A stretch of DNA of 64,000 nt, taken from positions 6,067 through 70,066 of the forward strand of contig LJTN01000004.1 of the NCBI GenBank assembly GCA_001303415.1, given 5' to 3'. The stretch comes from Myxococcales bacterium SG8_38 (lineage in GTDB: Bacteria; Myxococcota_A; Polyangia; Polyangiales; Houyiibacteriaceae). Shown here piece by piece: positions 1-9,229 of the stretch. Numbering within the stretch: the stretch's first letter is position 1; every line of letters starts with the position of its first letter. Below the pieces are notes generated by a model that made no database searches, had not been told where the DNA came from, and was given only the letters and a program-made list of their open reading frames with translations. A program made the translations under genes and the position numbers.

Positions 1-1760
1 GGGTATCAGTTCTTGCACTGGCCCATCCATTGAGTGGTGGCACCAGCACTGGTTTCGTTCGGCTGGCGACGGGCATGAGCATTGCCTTGGCCGCGCTCGA
101 CATACTGCTCCTCTATCGCCTCGCGCGCATGGTGTGGCCGCGTCGACTCCTACCGGTCCTGTTCGCGTTGGGCCTCTGCGTTTTCGACAACAGCTACACG
201 GTCTGGGCGATGCAGGCCCTCGAGTCACATTTGCTGATCTTCACCATCCTCGCGTCGTGTTTGTTCCTGTGGGGGCCACCCAATCGCTGCAATGTGACGG
301 GAGCCGTGCTCAGCCTGGCGGCCACGATGATGACGAGGCCAGACGCCGCGCTCTTCGTGGCGGTCATGGGTGTTAGCGAAATGCTACAGGCATGGCGCTC
401 CTCCGAGCCGAACCGAGCGCTCGGCCGTGTCGTGGCGATCTTTGGCGCGGCCGCGCTGATCTTCGGCTTCTACTTTCTTTGGCGATACCAGTACTTTGGT
501 TATCTGCTCCCCAATACCTTCTACGTCAAAGCCTCCGGGCTGCGTGGCGAGGCGGTGGCGCGGGGGTGGCGATATCTTCACGGCTTCCTGTCCGATCGCG
601 CGTATGTGCCGCTTCTTGCGCTGGGCGCGGTCCTGGGTGTCCGGGATCGGATCATCAGGCCTCTTTTCACGTGGGCTTTCCTCTACTCGGCCTACGTCGT
701 CTACGTAGGAGGTGACTTCTACCCGGGTCATCGGTTCTTCGTCGTGCTGACACCATTTGCTGCCTTGCTGTGCGCGTACACGCTCGACCTGCTGGCGGCA
801 TGGGTTCGAGCGCGTTGCAGCGAGCGTCCTCGTGTGGCCTCGGGCGTCTGGGTGCTTGGAACGGCTCTCGTCGTCACGATCGGCATTCGCGGGTTGATGG
901 TAGGTCCGCTACAAACCGAAGTGATTCGCTGGGGCGGCGAGGTCGAGCGAGTTCGCGCCTTCATGCAATGGCTGGGGGAACACTCGCCCCCTGACGCTTC
1001 CATCGTGACCGGCGACATCGGCTCGAGCGGCTACTACGCGAACCTTCACGTCTATGACTTTTTTGGGATCATCGACCCGGTGACGGCGCACCAAAGGCCG
1101 ACACGACTAGGCCGGGGCAAAGCAGGTCACGAAAAGCACGCAGACCCAGACTACCTTCTCGCGAAGAAGCCGACCTATATCAAATGGGGCTACATGGATC
1201 ATGGTCTCTACGAACGCGGGTACTACTTCGACGCAGATCTGCCGCCGAGCCTCGACGTGGCTGGAATCTGGCGCAGGGATGAGCTTGTCGAGAAACGAAA
1301 TCTAGAGCTCTTGAGCAGCCTTCCCTTTCAAAAGGCGCCGTATCCGGGTTGGACCGAAGCCGGCGAGGCGTTCGAGAGCTGGCCAGTCCGATCGGCGCCG
1401 CCCCATCAAGGGCGACCGGTGGGCCAGGTGGGTTGGTTCGTATCGAGTTATCATCGGATCAAAGGCGATGCAGTCGTTGGAGAGCTTCGATCCGCGCCCA
1501 TGCTGCTCGAGGGCGACGTGCTGACCCTCCGCGTCGCAGGCGGCCGCATCCCAGAGGCGCTCAAGGTCGAGCTGCTGGTCGATGGGGAGGTCGTCGCCTC
1601 CGCCACGGGGCACGACAACGACATCTTTGCCCGCAAAGTTTGGGAAATCTCGGACTATCGGGGTCGGACCGGCACGCTTCGAATCGTCGACGAGGCGGTG
1701 GGTGGCTGGGGACACATCATGGTCGACGAGATCCAGCAGTGGGTAGAAGGAGCGCGCTAG
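1..1760 (+). CDS. polytopic membrane protein (GT-C/ArnT-like N-terminal region) with C-terminal soluble jelly-roll-like domain; possibly 5'-truncated at window edge
   Basis: The frame is open from base 3 to the stop at 1758-1760, and the first in-frame start is TTG at 30. The first ~300 aa are multi-TM hydrophobic. The C-terminal ~140 aa (GWFVSSYH...GHIMVDEIQQW) look like a lectin/GH32-C type beta-sandwich. Family call is by recalled similarity only. Confidence 0.5.
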   Translation, partial: VSVLALAHPLSGGTSTGFVRLATGMSIALAALDILLLYRLARMVWPRRLLPVLFALGLCVFDNSYTVWAMQALESHLLIFTILASCLFLWGPPNRCNVTGAVLSLAATMMTRPDAALFVAVMGVSEMLQAWRSSEPNRALGRVVAIFGAAALIFGFYFLWRYQYFGYLLPNTFYVKASGLRGEAVARGWRYLHGFLSDRAYVPLLALGAVLGVRDRIIRPLFTWAFLYSAYVVYVGGDFYPGHRFFVVLTPFAALLCAYTLDLLAAWVRARCSERPRVASGVWVLGTALVVTIGIRGLMVGPLQTEVIRWGGEVERVRAFMQWLGEHSPPDASIVTGDIGSSGYYANLHVYDFFGIIDPVTAHQRPTRLGRGKAGHEKHADPDYLLAKKPTYIKWGYMDHGLYERGYYFDADLPPSLDVAGIWRRDELVEKRNLELLSSLPFQKAPYPGWTEAGEAFESWPVRSAPPHQGRPVGQVGWFVSSYHRIKGDAVVGELRSAPMLLEGDVLTLRVAGGRIPEALKVELLVDGEVVASATGHDNDIFARKVWEISDYRGRTGTLRIVDEAVGGWGHIMVDEIQQWVEGAR

Positions 1761-1940
1761 GGCACTGACAGGTCGACGAAATGCCACGAGTGTGACGATC
1801 AGACGCAACCTTCCGCCCTGCCCTTCCTCGCCCAATCATTCCGGCATCTTGCGCGATTCTGCAACGAGTGAGCTCCACGAGGGCTAATCACCCTTCAGGA
1901 AGCATTTGCGTTCCGTCTATGCTCTGGGAGGAGTCAGGAC

Positions 1941-2774
1941 ATGAACCTAGACGCTGGAGCAAATCAATTCGGGGCTTGGTTGGCCAAGGTGAAGCAAGGC
2001 TTCGTCGACGCGCTTCCGAATCTCGCAACCGCTGCCGTCATCATTGCGCTCGGATGGGCGTTGGCTTGGGCGCTGCGGAAGATCATACGTCGTGTCTTAC
2101 GACGCCTCGGGACTCAGGCGCCCCCAGCCGATCTCGGCTGGGGCGAGGCCGCCGATTACCGAGGCGCGGGAGATGTGGCAGCAAACGCTGCGTATTGGCT
2201 CACTCTTCTGACGACGCTGATGATCGCCATCGATGCACTCGGCCTGCCGGTTTTCGGCAAATGGATCGGTGCGTTTGCGAGCTATCTCCCGCGGTTGGTC
2301 ATCGCCTTGGGTCTCCTGTTGGGCGGTATCGTGGCCGGCCGGATCGCGCGCAACGCCGTCACCAAGGCGGCGGCCCGCATGCCCGTCTCACAGGCCCGGA
2401 GCCTGGCGCGACTGACGCAGACGGCGATCGTGATTGTCACGATTCTCGTCGCCGCAGACGAGCTCGGCCTGGACGTGTCGTCGCTAACCGCGGTGTTCCT
2501 GATCGCGCTGGCTGCGATCCTAGGCGGGGGCGCCCTCGCGTTCGGTCTGGGAGCGCGCGAGGTGATGTCGGACATTCTCGCGATGCACTACGTGAACAAA
2601 TACTATCGGATAGGCCAGGTCGTTCGCATCGGTTCGGATCAAGGCCGCATCATCAGAACGTCGAGAACCGCGGTCTTCCTCGAGAGCCCCGAGGGCGAGC
2701 TTTCGATTCCCGGGCGGCAGTTCAACGAGCACCGCTGTGTACTCGTAAGTCGGGAGGAAGATCGTGGAGCTTGA
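1941..2774 (+). CDS. small MscS-like / conserved-TM-helix-repeat mechanosensitive channel family protein
   Basis: The ATG is preceded by GGGAGGAG. Several TM helices are present. The C-terminal YYRIGQVVRIGSDQGRIIRTSRTAVFLESPEGELSIPGRQF resembles the MscS beta-domain signature. Confidence 0.55.
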   Translation: MNLDAGANQFGAWLAKVKQGFVDALPNLATAAVIIALGWALAWALRKIIRRVLRRLGTQAPPADLGWGEAADYRGAGDVAANAAYWLTLLTTLMIAIDALGLPVFGKWIGAFASYLPRLVIALGLLLGGIVAGRIARNAVTKAAARMPVSQARSLARLTQTAIVIVTILVAADELGLDVSSLTAVFLIALAAILGGGALAFGLGAREVMSDILAMHYVNKYYRIGQVVRIGSDQGRIIRTSRTAVFLESPEGELSIPGRQFNEHRCVLVSREEDRGA

Positions 2775-3612
2775 AACCCGCCTGCTCGAAGCTTTCGTTA
2801 CTGTGCATCCTACTCCGGCGGCCCGTGCATTGGAATTGATGCCGACCTCTGACGCGGCCGAGGTCATGACCGAGCTTGCCACGGATGTGTTGGCAAGCGT
2901 GCTGCCATCAGTCGCGCCCGTGTCGGCCGCGAATACGCTTCAGCTGGTGCCCATCCACACGGCCGTCGATGTGCTCTCGGCGACGCGCAGGGATGTGGGT
3001 GCCGCCATCCTGCGGGCGATGGGACCGGCGCCGCGCTCGGCGATCATGGAATCGCTGAGCAATGAGGCGGGTCGGGCACTCAGGTCCCTGCTCCGATACG
3101 CCGAGGGTAGCGCGGGCGCGTTGTTGGACCCACAGGTGCTTCCCGTACCCGAGACGTCATCGGTCGCCGAGGCGCTAGAACGATTGCGAAAGGACCCGAG
3201 CCGCACGTCGTACTACGTCTATGTGGTCACGGACGATCAGAAGCTCGTGGGGGTGACGAATCTTCGCGAGTTGATGGCTGCCCGGCCCGAGCAGCATCTC
3301 CGGCTGGTGGCGGTGCGTCAAGTCGCGTCACTTCCGGCGGGAGCAAGCTCGAAGGCCATCGTCGCACATCCGGCTTGGGCCCGCTTCCATGCGCTGCCAG
3401 TCGTCGAAGCCGACGGACGTTTCTTGGGCGTCATTCGATACGAAGTGATGCGCCAGCTCGAACGCAGGCTCGTCGAAACACAGCTCGAGGATCACGGCGT
3501 CAGAACGGCTGCGGCGCTCGGCGAGCTCTACGGTCTCGGGCTGCGAGGGCTGGTCGGATGGGCCGCCTCCGCCTTGTTGGGACCGTCCGAAACCGAGGGA
3601 GACGGCAGATGA
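2764..3612 (+). CDS. stand-alone MgtE N-terminal domain + CBS-pair protein (no membrane domain)
   Basis: GTG start behind GGGAGGAAG, overlapping the upstream gene by 11 nt. MgtE-N-like helical repeats are followed by a CBS pair (YYVYVVTDDQKLVGVTNLREL ... LPVVEADGRFLGVIRYE). The stop overlaps the mgtE ATG (ATGA at 3609-3612). Confidence 0.7.
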   Translation: MELETRLLEAFVTVHPTPAARALELMPTSDAAEVMTELATDVLASVLPSVAPVSAANTLQLVPIHTAVDVLSATRRDVGAAILRAMGPAPRSAIMESLSNEAGRALRSLLRYAEGSAGALLDPQVLPVPETSSVAEALERLRKDPSRTSYYVYVVTDDQKLVGVTNLRELMAARPEQHLRLVAVRQVASLPAGASSKAIVAHPAWARFHALPVVEADGRFLGVIRYEVMRQLERRLVETQLEDHGVRTAAALGELYGLGLRGLVGWAASALLGPSETEGDGR

Positions 3613-4913
3613 TCAGTCCCGCCCGCGAATTGGTTCGGCGTTTTCTCTTTTCGCATCCCGCAGAGGCGGCGCGGCAAATGGATGACGCTGCACCAGAGGA
3701 GGTCGCTCGCGTGCTTCGCGGCCAACCAGCACGACCCGCGGGGATGGTTCTCGGATACATGCAACCGGATCGCGCTGCCGAAGTCCTCGAGGCAGCTGGA
3801 GCTGTGGGTATTCAGCACTTGCTCACGGCTCTCGATCCCGCGCGCGCCGCGAATCTCTTGGCTCGTTTGGACCAAGAGACGACACAGCAGTTGCTGGGTG
3901 CGCTGTCCAAGAGCCTGGCAGAGGAGATCGAGGGCCTCCTCGTGTTCCCGCCGGGGACCGCAGGAAACCTCATGGATGCGAGGGTCGCGTCGTTTCCAGG
4001 AGACACTCTCGTGAGCGAAGCGCTCGAGCGAATCCGCCAGTTGAGCGGCAGGCGGATTACCGATGTGGTCATCACGGACCGAGAAGGACAGTTCGAGGGG
4101 ATCGTGCGTTTGCAGGACCTCGTCGGCGCATCGCCCAACCAGCAGCTCGCCGAGCTCGAGAGCCCACGAGCGATTTCCGTGCATCCCATGACGCCACGTG
4201 AAGAGGTGGTGGACCTTCTCAACGAACACCGCCTGTCGAGCCTGCCGGTCGTCGATCTGCAGGGCCACGTGGTGGGCATCATCCGGCAAGCCGGTCTCGT
4301 CGAAGCCGTGCAGGAAGACGCCATCACGGATTTGCAGCAAATGGTGGGAGGCTCGAAGGAAGAACGCGCCCTTTCTCGGCCGTGGGTTGGCGTGCGAAGC
4401 CGGTTGCCATGGTTGAACATCAACCTGCTCACCGCGTTCCTCGCAGCATCCGTGGTTGGTTTGTTCGAAGGAACCATCGCGCGCTTCACGGCGGTGGCAG
4501 TGCTGCTCCCAGTCGTGGCTGGTCAGTCCGGAAACACCGGAGCGCAAGCTTTGGCCGTCACCATGCGTGGGTTGGCGCTGCGGGAGTTCCGGGTCTCACA
4601 GGCGATTCGAGTTCTGCTCAAGGAGCTCGTCATCGGGCTGGTGAACGGACTCGCGATCTCCGTCGTGACCTCCGTGGGCGTCTACTTGTGGAGCGGAAAT
4701 CTAGGGCTCGCCCTAGTGATGTTTCTGGCCATGCTGTTTTCGATGATCGCGGCTTCCGCCGCGGGCGCCATGATCCCGGTGGCGCTGGTCAAGTTGAACC
4801 GGGACCCCGCAACGGCTTCCTCCATCATTCTGACCACGGTCACCGACGTCGTCGGATTCTTCACCTTTCTCGGGCTCGCCACGTGGTTCGCCAGCATGCT
4901 GGCCGCGACATGA
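3609..4913 (+). CDS. mgtE: magnesium transporter MgtE
   Basis: Internal ATG of ORF 3375-4913, preceded by GAGGGAG. The protein has an MgtE-N domain, a CBS pair and a C-terminal 5-TM divalent cation transporter domain (PVVAGQSGNTGAQALAV, TTVTDVVGFF). Confidence 0.85.
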   Translation: MISPARELVRRFLFSHPAEAARQMDDAAPEEVARVLRGQPARPAGMVLGYMQPDRAAEVLEAAGAVGIQHLLTALDPARAANLLARLDQETTQQLLGALSKSLAEEIEGLLVFPPGTAGNLMDARVASFPGDTLVSEALERIRQLSGRRITDVVITDREGQFEGIVRLQDLVGASPNQQLAELESPRAISVHPMTPREEVVDLLNEHRLSSLPVVDLQGHVVGIIRQAGLVEAVQEDAITDLQQMVGGSKEERALSRPWVGVRSRLPWLNINLLTAFLAASVVGLFEGTIARFTAVAVLLPVVAGQSGNTGAQALAVTMRGLALREFRVSQAIRVLLKELVIGLVNGLAISVVTSVGVYLWSGNLGLALVMFLAMLFSMIAASAAGAMIPVALVKLNRDPATASSIILTTVTDVVGFFTFLGLATWFASMLAAT

Positions 4914-4958
4914 CGGCTATTGCGAATCCACACGATCCGGCACCGCCCGGAAGGCCGA

Positions 4959-6125
4959 TTAATCGGCCTGGCCCCCGCGGATGATGGTGGTGACGGCTTC
5001 GCCGAGGCGGCGCAATCCTTCAGTGAAAACCCGGGGCGGCGTGAGAAGGCTGACGACTACCCAAGCCTCGTCGGGAAAATCATAGAACCAGCCTGGCTGC
5101 ACGAGCACGCCGCGATCGAGGAACGCGAGAACCCATTGCTCTTCGGACAATAGCTTCGGCAACCGCAGGACCTGATACCAGCCGCCCTGCACGGGTAGCA
5201 CCGATATTTCAGGGACTTCCTGGTGAAGCGTGAGCGCACTGCGATGGTTCTGCTGCAATCGCTCGAATACTCGACGGCGCCGCTCTACTGCTGCGGATAG
5301 CAGCGACGGGAGCGCCCGTTGCGAGACTTCGTTTGCCGATAGGTAGGTGTCCGTGATCACATCGAGCTGCGAGAGTGTGCGTTCGATTTCCCTCTCGTCT
5401 CCGGAGGCGGCAATCCAGCTGAGCTTGAGCTGAGGAAGCGCGGCAGCTTTCGAAAGCCCGCCCAACGCCAATAGCAAGCCTGAGCGTGTCCTGGTGTGCT
5501 GCAGGGGCGATGGTTTGGCGCAGCGAAGATCGTAGGCCGCAAAGACCTCGTCCAAGACCACCGGTATTCCGTGGCTGACGAGAAAGTCGAGCTCATCGGT
5601 CGAGAGATAGGCGCCGGTCGGATTGTTGGGGCTCACACCGAGGACGAGCCTGGCCCGTGAATCGAGACGGTCGGCGAATGCCGCTCGATCGACGTGCCAC
5701 GCGCCATCGTAGCGCAAAGCGTAGGGAACGGCGACGGTGCCCTCCAGCCGAGCGAGCATGGAAAGCAGTGGATAGCTCGGCTCCGGGATCAAGACATGGT
5801 CGCCGGGATCGCAAAAGAGCTTGATGAGAAACGAGTACGCCTCGCTCGTCGTGGCCGTGAGCACCAAGTGCTCGGGGTTCCAATCGAGCTCGTCGCCGAG
5901 CGCGCGTCTGGCCGATACAAGCCCTCGGTGGTGAGGTCGGTACGTGGTGGGGTCGGCGGCGCACATCGTCTCGCGCACCGCTTCGTCGTCGAGCTCGAGA
6001 TGCACGCGCGTCGGATTCGAACCGGTCAAATCCAATGCGGGCGGCCTCGCCGACGCCGCTCGAGCGACCTCGTTCAGAGCCAGGTCGAAAGCCCCTCGCT
6101 TCGAAAACACCGGCCGATTATGCAA
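4959..6125 (-). CDS. class I/II PLP-dependent aminotransferase
   Basis: SPNNPTG motif and PLP-lysine context GGLSKAAALPQLKLSWI. The 388-aa length is typical. Confidence 0.8.
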   Translation of the reverse strand: MHNRPVFSKRGAFDLALNEVARAASARPPALDLTGSNPTRVHLELDDEAVRETMCAADPTTYRPHHRGLVSARRALGDELDWNPEHLVLTATTSEAYSFLIKLFCDPGDHVLIPEPSYPLLSMLARLEGTVAVPYALRYDGAWHVDRAAFADRLDSRARLVLGVSPNNPTGAYLSTDELDFLVSHGIPVVLDEVFAAYDLRCAKPSPLQHTRTRSGLLLALGGLSKAAALPQLKLSWIAASGDEREIERTLSQLDVITDTYLSANEVSQRALPSLLSAAVERRRRVFERLQQNHRSALTLHQEVPEISVLPVQGGWYQVLRLPKLLSEEQWVLAFLDRGVLVQPGWFYDFPDEAWVVVSLLTPPRVFTEGLRRLGEAVTTIIRGGQAD

Positions 6126-6163
6126 CAGGCGAACGTTCGAAACGAGCTCTCGCCGAGCCCGCT

Positions 6164-7009
6164 CTATGCGACGGCCACCGCGAGGGGCCGGGGCGGTATC
6201 CTTTGCGCGAGCTGGGCTCGGTTCTTCACGCCCAGCTTCTTCATGGCTGACCGCAAGAGGGCAGAAACACGCGCTTGGGAAAGTCCGAGACGGTACGCGA
6301 TGAGCTTGCTGGGCTCACCGTGCACGGCGTATTCGACGACCTGGCATTCTTGCTCCGTCAGCCCTCGTGGGTCCCGAACCTCGGGCGGATTCGGAAGAGC
6401 CAGCAAGAAGCGCCGTTCGTCCGCGTCGAACCAGTCGACCAGGCTCCAGCGTCCGCAGACCAATGCCCGCCAGGTTTCGAGCGCCTCGTCGGGTTCCTCA
6501 CGGCGCATGGTGCTCCGAGCGCGATCGATCCGCCTCGCCGCTCTGCGAAGGCAGTCTGCCGCGCTTTCTTCTCGACCGCGATCCACCGCAGCGATGATGC
6601 GAAACCGTTTGGGATCCACCACGGCCTCGGCTTCGTGGGGGAGTGTATTTGGTTGCCTCGATGGCCGCTCGCGGCTCGTTGCCAGCGCGCGGCGAAGACG
6701 ATAGGCCGCAGCGATGTGCGCGCCGAGCATCTGCCACTGCTCTCTCGATTTGGGCAGTAGTTGCGTCCTGGTGGAGAGCGGAGCGGTGATGCGCATGCCG
6801 ATGCCGTTCGGGTCGCTCGCGAGGATTCCGAGGAGATCTACGTAACGGAGCTTCTCGAGCGCGAGGTTCGACTCCATGGGGAAGACGCGCGCGCCCGCCC
6901 CTATCAGCCCATCCACCCATTCCGAATCGGGCTTTTGGAAGTCGTACACGGCTTCGATGAGATCGACAGCCAGCGCGCAATCGAGAAGCTCTGACGCAGG
7001 GGGAGCCAA
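6164..7009 (-). CDS. LuxR-family transcriptional regulator (C-terminal HTH), N-terminal domain unassigned
   Basis: C-terminal LTEQECQVVEYAVHGEPSKLIAYRLGLSQARVSALLRSAMKKLGV is a GerE/LuxR HTH. The ORF is open up to 7342, but that part overlaps the ndh 3' end. A TTG at 7009 is my guess for the start; the start is uncertain. Confidence 0.55.
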   Translation of the reverse strand: MAPPASELLDCALAVDLIEAVYDFQKPDSEWVDGLIGAGARVFPMESNLALEKLRYVDLLGILASDPNGIGMRITAPLSTRTQLLPKSREQWQMLGAHIAAAYRLRRALATSRERPSRQPNTLPHEAEAVVDPKRFRIIAAVDRGREESAADCLRRAARRIDRARSTMRREEPDEALETWRALVCGRWSLVDWFDADERRFLLALPNPPEVRDPRGLTEQECQVVEYAVHGEPSKLIAYRLGLSQARVSALLRSAMKKLGVKNRAQLAQRIPPRPLAVAVA

Positions 7010-7082
7010 AACATGCGGGAGTGTCGCAGCACGGCGCGGCTTTGGCCATGCGTATTTGGTCCGAGTTTGAGCCTGACGGGGC

Positions 7083-8495
7083 TCAGTCGTCCGAGCGGGA
7101 CCAGGCCCAGGCGCCCGACGGTCGAGCGGCGGGCACGCCCGCCGGTGCAGTGACCTTCTCGGCCGCCGTGGGGAGAGCAGATGCGCGGTGCTCGAGCACC
7201 GTAGGCCCCTGCTCCTTCGGATGGCTGAACAAGACACGCGATGCGCGCTTGTTGGTGATGTAGGCCCAGAGCCACTGAAACAAGACGGCAAAGCGGTTTC
7301 GAAAGCCGACCAGGAACGCGAGGTGGATGAGCAGCCATACAAGCCACGCGGGACGTCCGCTCATCTTGATGCCCCAAGACTCGACGATCGCACGGTTTCG
7401 ACCGATGGTCGCCATGAGCCCCTTGTCGAAGTACGCGAACGGCTTGGGCCCCTCTCCCCTCAGGCAGCGAAGAATGTTGCGCGCGACGAGATCGCCGCTT
7501 TGAAGTGCCACCTGAGCAACGGCGGGAAGCGGTTGCCCGTCCTTCTTGCGCGGATAGTGGATCAGGTCGCCGAGAACAGCGACCTCGTCACGGCCTGGCA
7601 CCGTGCAGTAAGGGGTGACCTTCACGCGGCCCATGGCATCGAGCTCGGCGTCGAGCTGCCCCGTGATCGAGCTCGCCCGAACCCCCGCGGCCCAAAGCAC
7701 CGTGTTCGCCTCGATGCGCTGCCCCTCATCGATCGTTACGCCCTCCCCGTCGATCTCGGTGACGAAGGCCGATGTTCGTACCTCGACGCCCAGTGATTCG
7801 AGGTCCCGCTGGGCGCGCGCGGAAAGGCTCGGATGGTAGTCGCGAAAGATGCGATCGGCGCCTTCGACGAGCACGACTCGTGCGCTAGAAGGATCGATCG
7901 TGCGAAAGTCCCCGCGCAACGCAGTTCGCGAGATCTCGGAAAGCTGACCGGCAAGCTCGACGCCGGTAGCGCCTCCGCCAACGACGACGAAGGTCAGAAA
8001 GGCTCGTTTCTGGTCCGGGTCGGTGACTCGTTCGGCTGCCTCGAAAGCGAGCAGCACTCGTTTGCGTATCTCGAGGGCTTCGTAGAGCGTCTTGAGCCCG
8101 GGGGCATGGCGCTCCCACTCGGGGTGGCCGAAGTAGTCGTGCTTGAGCCCCGTTGCGACGATCAAGAAGTCGTACTCGAGCCGCTCCTGGTGATCGAGCA
8201 CGACCACGCGCTCATCGACATCGACGTGCTGCGCTTCGGCGAGAAGCACGCGCACGTTGTCATGCGTCGACAGGAGGCTCCGAAGCGGTGCGGCGATGTC
8301 GGGGGCTGGCAAGAGCGCCGTGGCGACCTGATAGAGCAGCGGCTGAAACAGATGATGGTTCGATCGGTCGACGAGTGTGACGCGCACCGGCGCACCGCCA
8401 AGCGCGCGCGCAGCGGCCAACCCGCCAAAACCCCCACCGAGGATGACGACGTGAGGACGCTCTTCGTGTTGTCCCATGGCTGGTGCATCGTACAT
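7083..8495 (-). CDS. ndh: type II NADH dehydrogenase (NDH-2) / FAD-dependent pyridine nucleotide-disulfide oxidoreductase
   Basis: Two dinucleotide-binding motifs, VVILGGGFGGLAAA and VVVGGGATGVELAG. An alternative start is ATG 8477. Confidence 0.85.
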   Translation of the reverse strand: MYDAPAMGQHEERPHVVILGGGFGGLAAARALGGAPVRVTLVDRSNHHLFQPLLYQVATALLPAPDIAAPLRSLLSTHDNVRVLLAEAQHVDVDERVVVLDHQERLEYDFLIVATGLKHDYFGHPEWERHAPGLKTLYEALEIRKRVLLAFEAAERVTDPDQKRAFLTFVVVGGGATGVELAGQLSEISRTALRGDFRTIDPSSARVVLVEGADRIFRDYHPSLSARAQRDLESLGVEVRTSAFVTEIDGEGVTIDEGQRIEANTVLWAAGVRASSITGQLDAELDAMGRVKVTPYCTVPGRDEVAVLGDLIHYPRKKDGQPLPAVAQVALQSGDLVARNILRCLRGEGPKPFAYFDKGLMATIGRNRAIVESWGIKMSGRPAWLVWLLIHLAFLVGFRNRFAVLFQWLWAYITNKRASRVLFSHPKEQGPTVLEHRASALPTAAEKVTAPAGVPAARPSGAWAWSRSDD

Positions 8496-8593
8496 CCTCG
8501 GGAAGCTGGCAACCCCGTCCCTATCAGCCTATCGGCGACGATGCAGCGACGATTTGAGCGAGGCGCCGAAACCCGTGGTATTGGACAAGGGCC

Positions 8594-9196
8594 ATGGACG
8601 AGCGGATCGGTGACATCTTGGAATTCTGGTTCGGTGAGCTCGACGAGCTCGGGCGCGCCAGGCCCGAGCAGCGCAAACGCTGGTGGACGAAGTCCGAAGA
8701 CTTCGATGCCGTAATCAAGTCGCAGTTTCTCGGTGACTACGAGGCGATCGTCGCCAGGGATCGAGAGGCATGGCGAAACACTGCGCGCGGCGCCCTCGCG
8801 TATATCATCGCGCTGGACCAATTCTCACGAAACATGTTTCGCGGAGCTCCGAAGATGTTCGCCGCCGACGAGCTCGCCCGTGAAGCCTGCCGGGAGGGGC
8901 TCGAGCAGGGCTTCGACACGAAGCTGGCTTTCGATGAACGCGTGTTTTTCTATCTACCTCTGGAGCACAGCGAAGACCCGTCGGATCAGGCGCGCTGCCT
9001 CGACCTGTTCCAAAGGCTATTGGAGGGTGCGCCCGAAGCGTTGAAGGAAGACGCCGCGTACTACCTCGACTTCGCCAAGCGCCACCAAGCGATCATCGAA
9101 CGTTTTGGTCGCTACCCGCATCGCAATCAGATCCTCGGCCGGGCCTCGACACCAGAAGAGGTCGCATTTCTAGAACAACCGGGCTCGTCGTTCTAG
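8594..9196 (+). CDS. DUF924 family protein
   Basis: ILEFWFGE ... RWWTKSEDFD ... LAYIIALDQFSRNMFRG ... FFYLPLEHSED matches my recollection of the DUF924 signature. Confidence 0.7.
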   Translation: MDERIGDILEFWFGELDELGRARPEQRKRWWTKSEDFDAVIKSQFLGDYEAIVARDREAWRNTARGALAYIIALDQFSRNMFRGAPKMFAADELAREACREGLEQGFDTKLAFDERVFFYLPLEHSEDPSDQARCLDLFQRLLEGAPEALKEDAAYYLDFAKRHQAIIERFGRYPHRNQILGRASTPEEVAFLEQPGSSF

Positions 9197-9229
9197 AGCG
9201 AGGACGCCGAAGACCGCCGCAGCAATCTT

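Noticed and set aside
3528-4547. 339-aa ORF antisense to mgtE
   Set aside because: It lies entirely inside a well-supported gene on the other strand. The protein is R/H/C-rich and low in complexity, typical of shadow ORFs in GC-rich DNA.
6005-6030. tRNA T-loop-like strings (ggattcgaacc; also at about 43325)
   Set aside because: They are embedded in well-supported coding regions, and no cloverleaf can be built around them.
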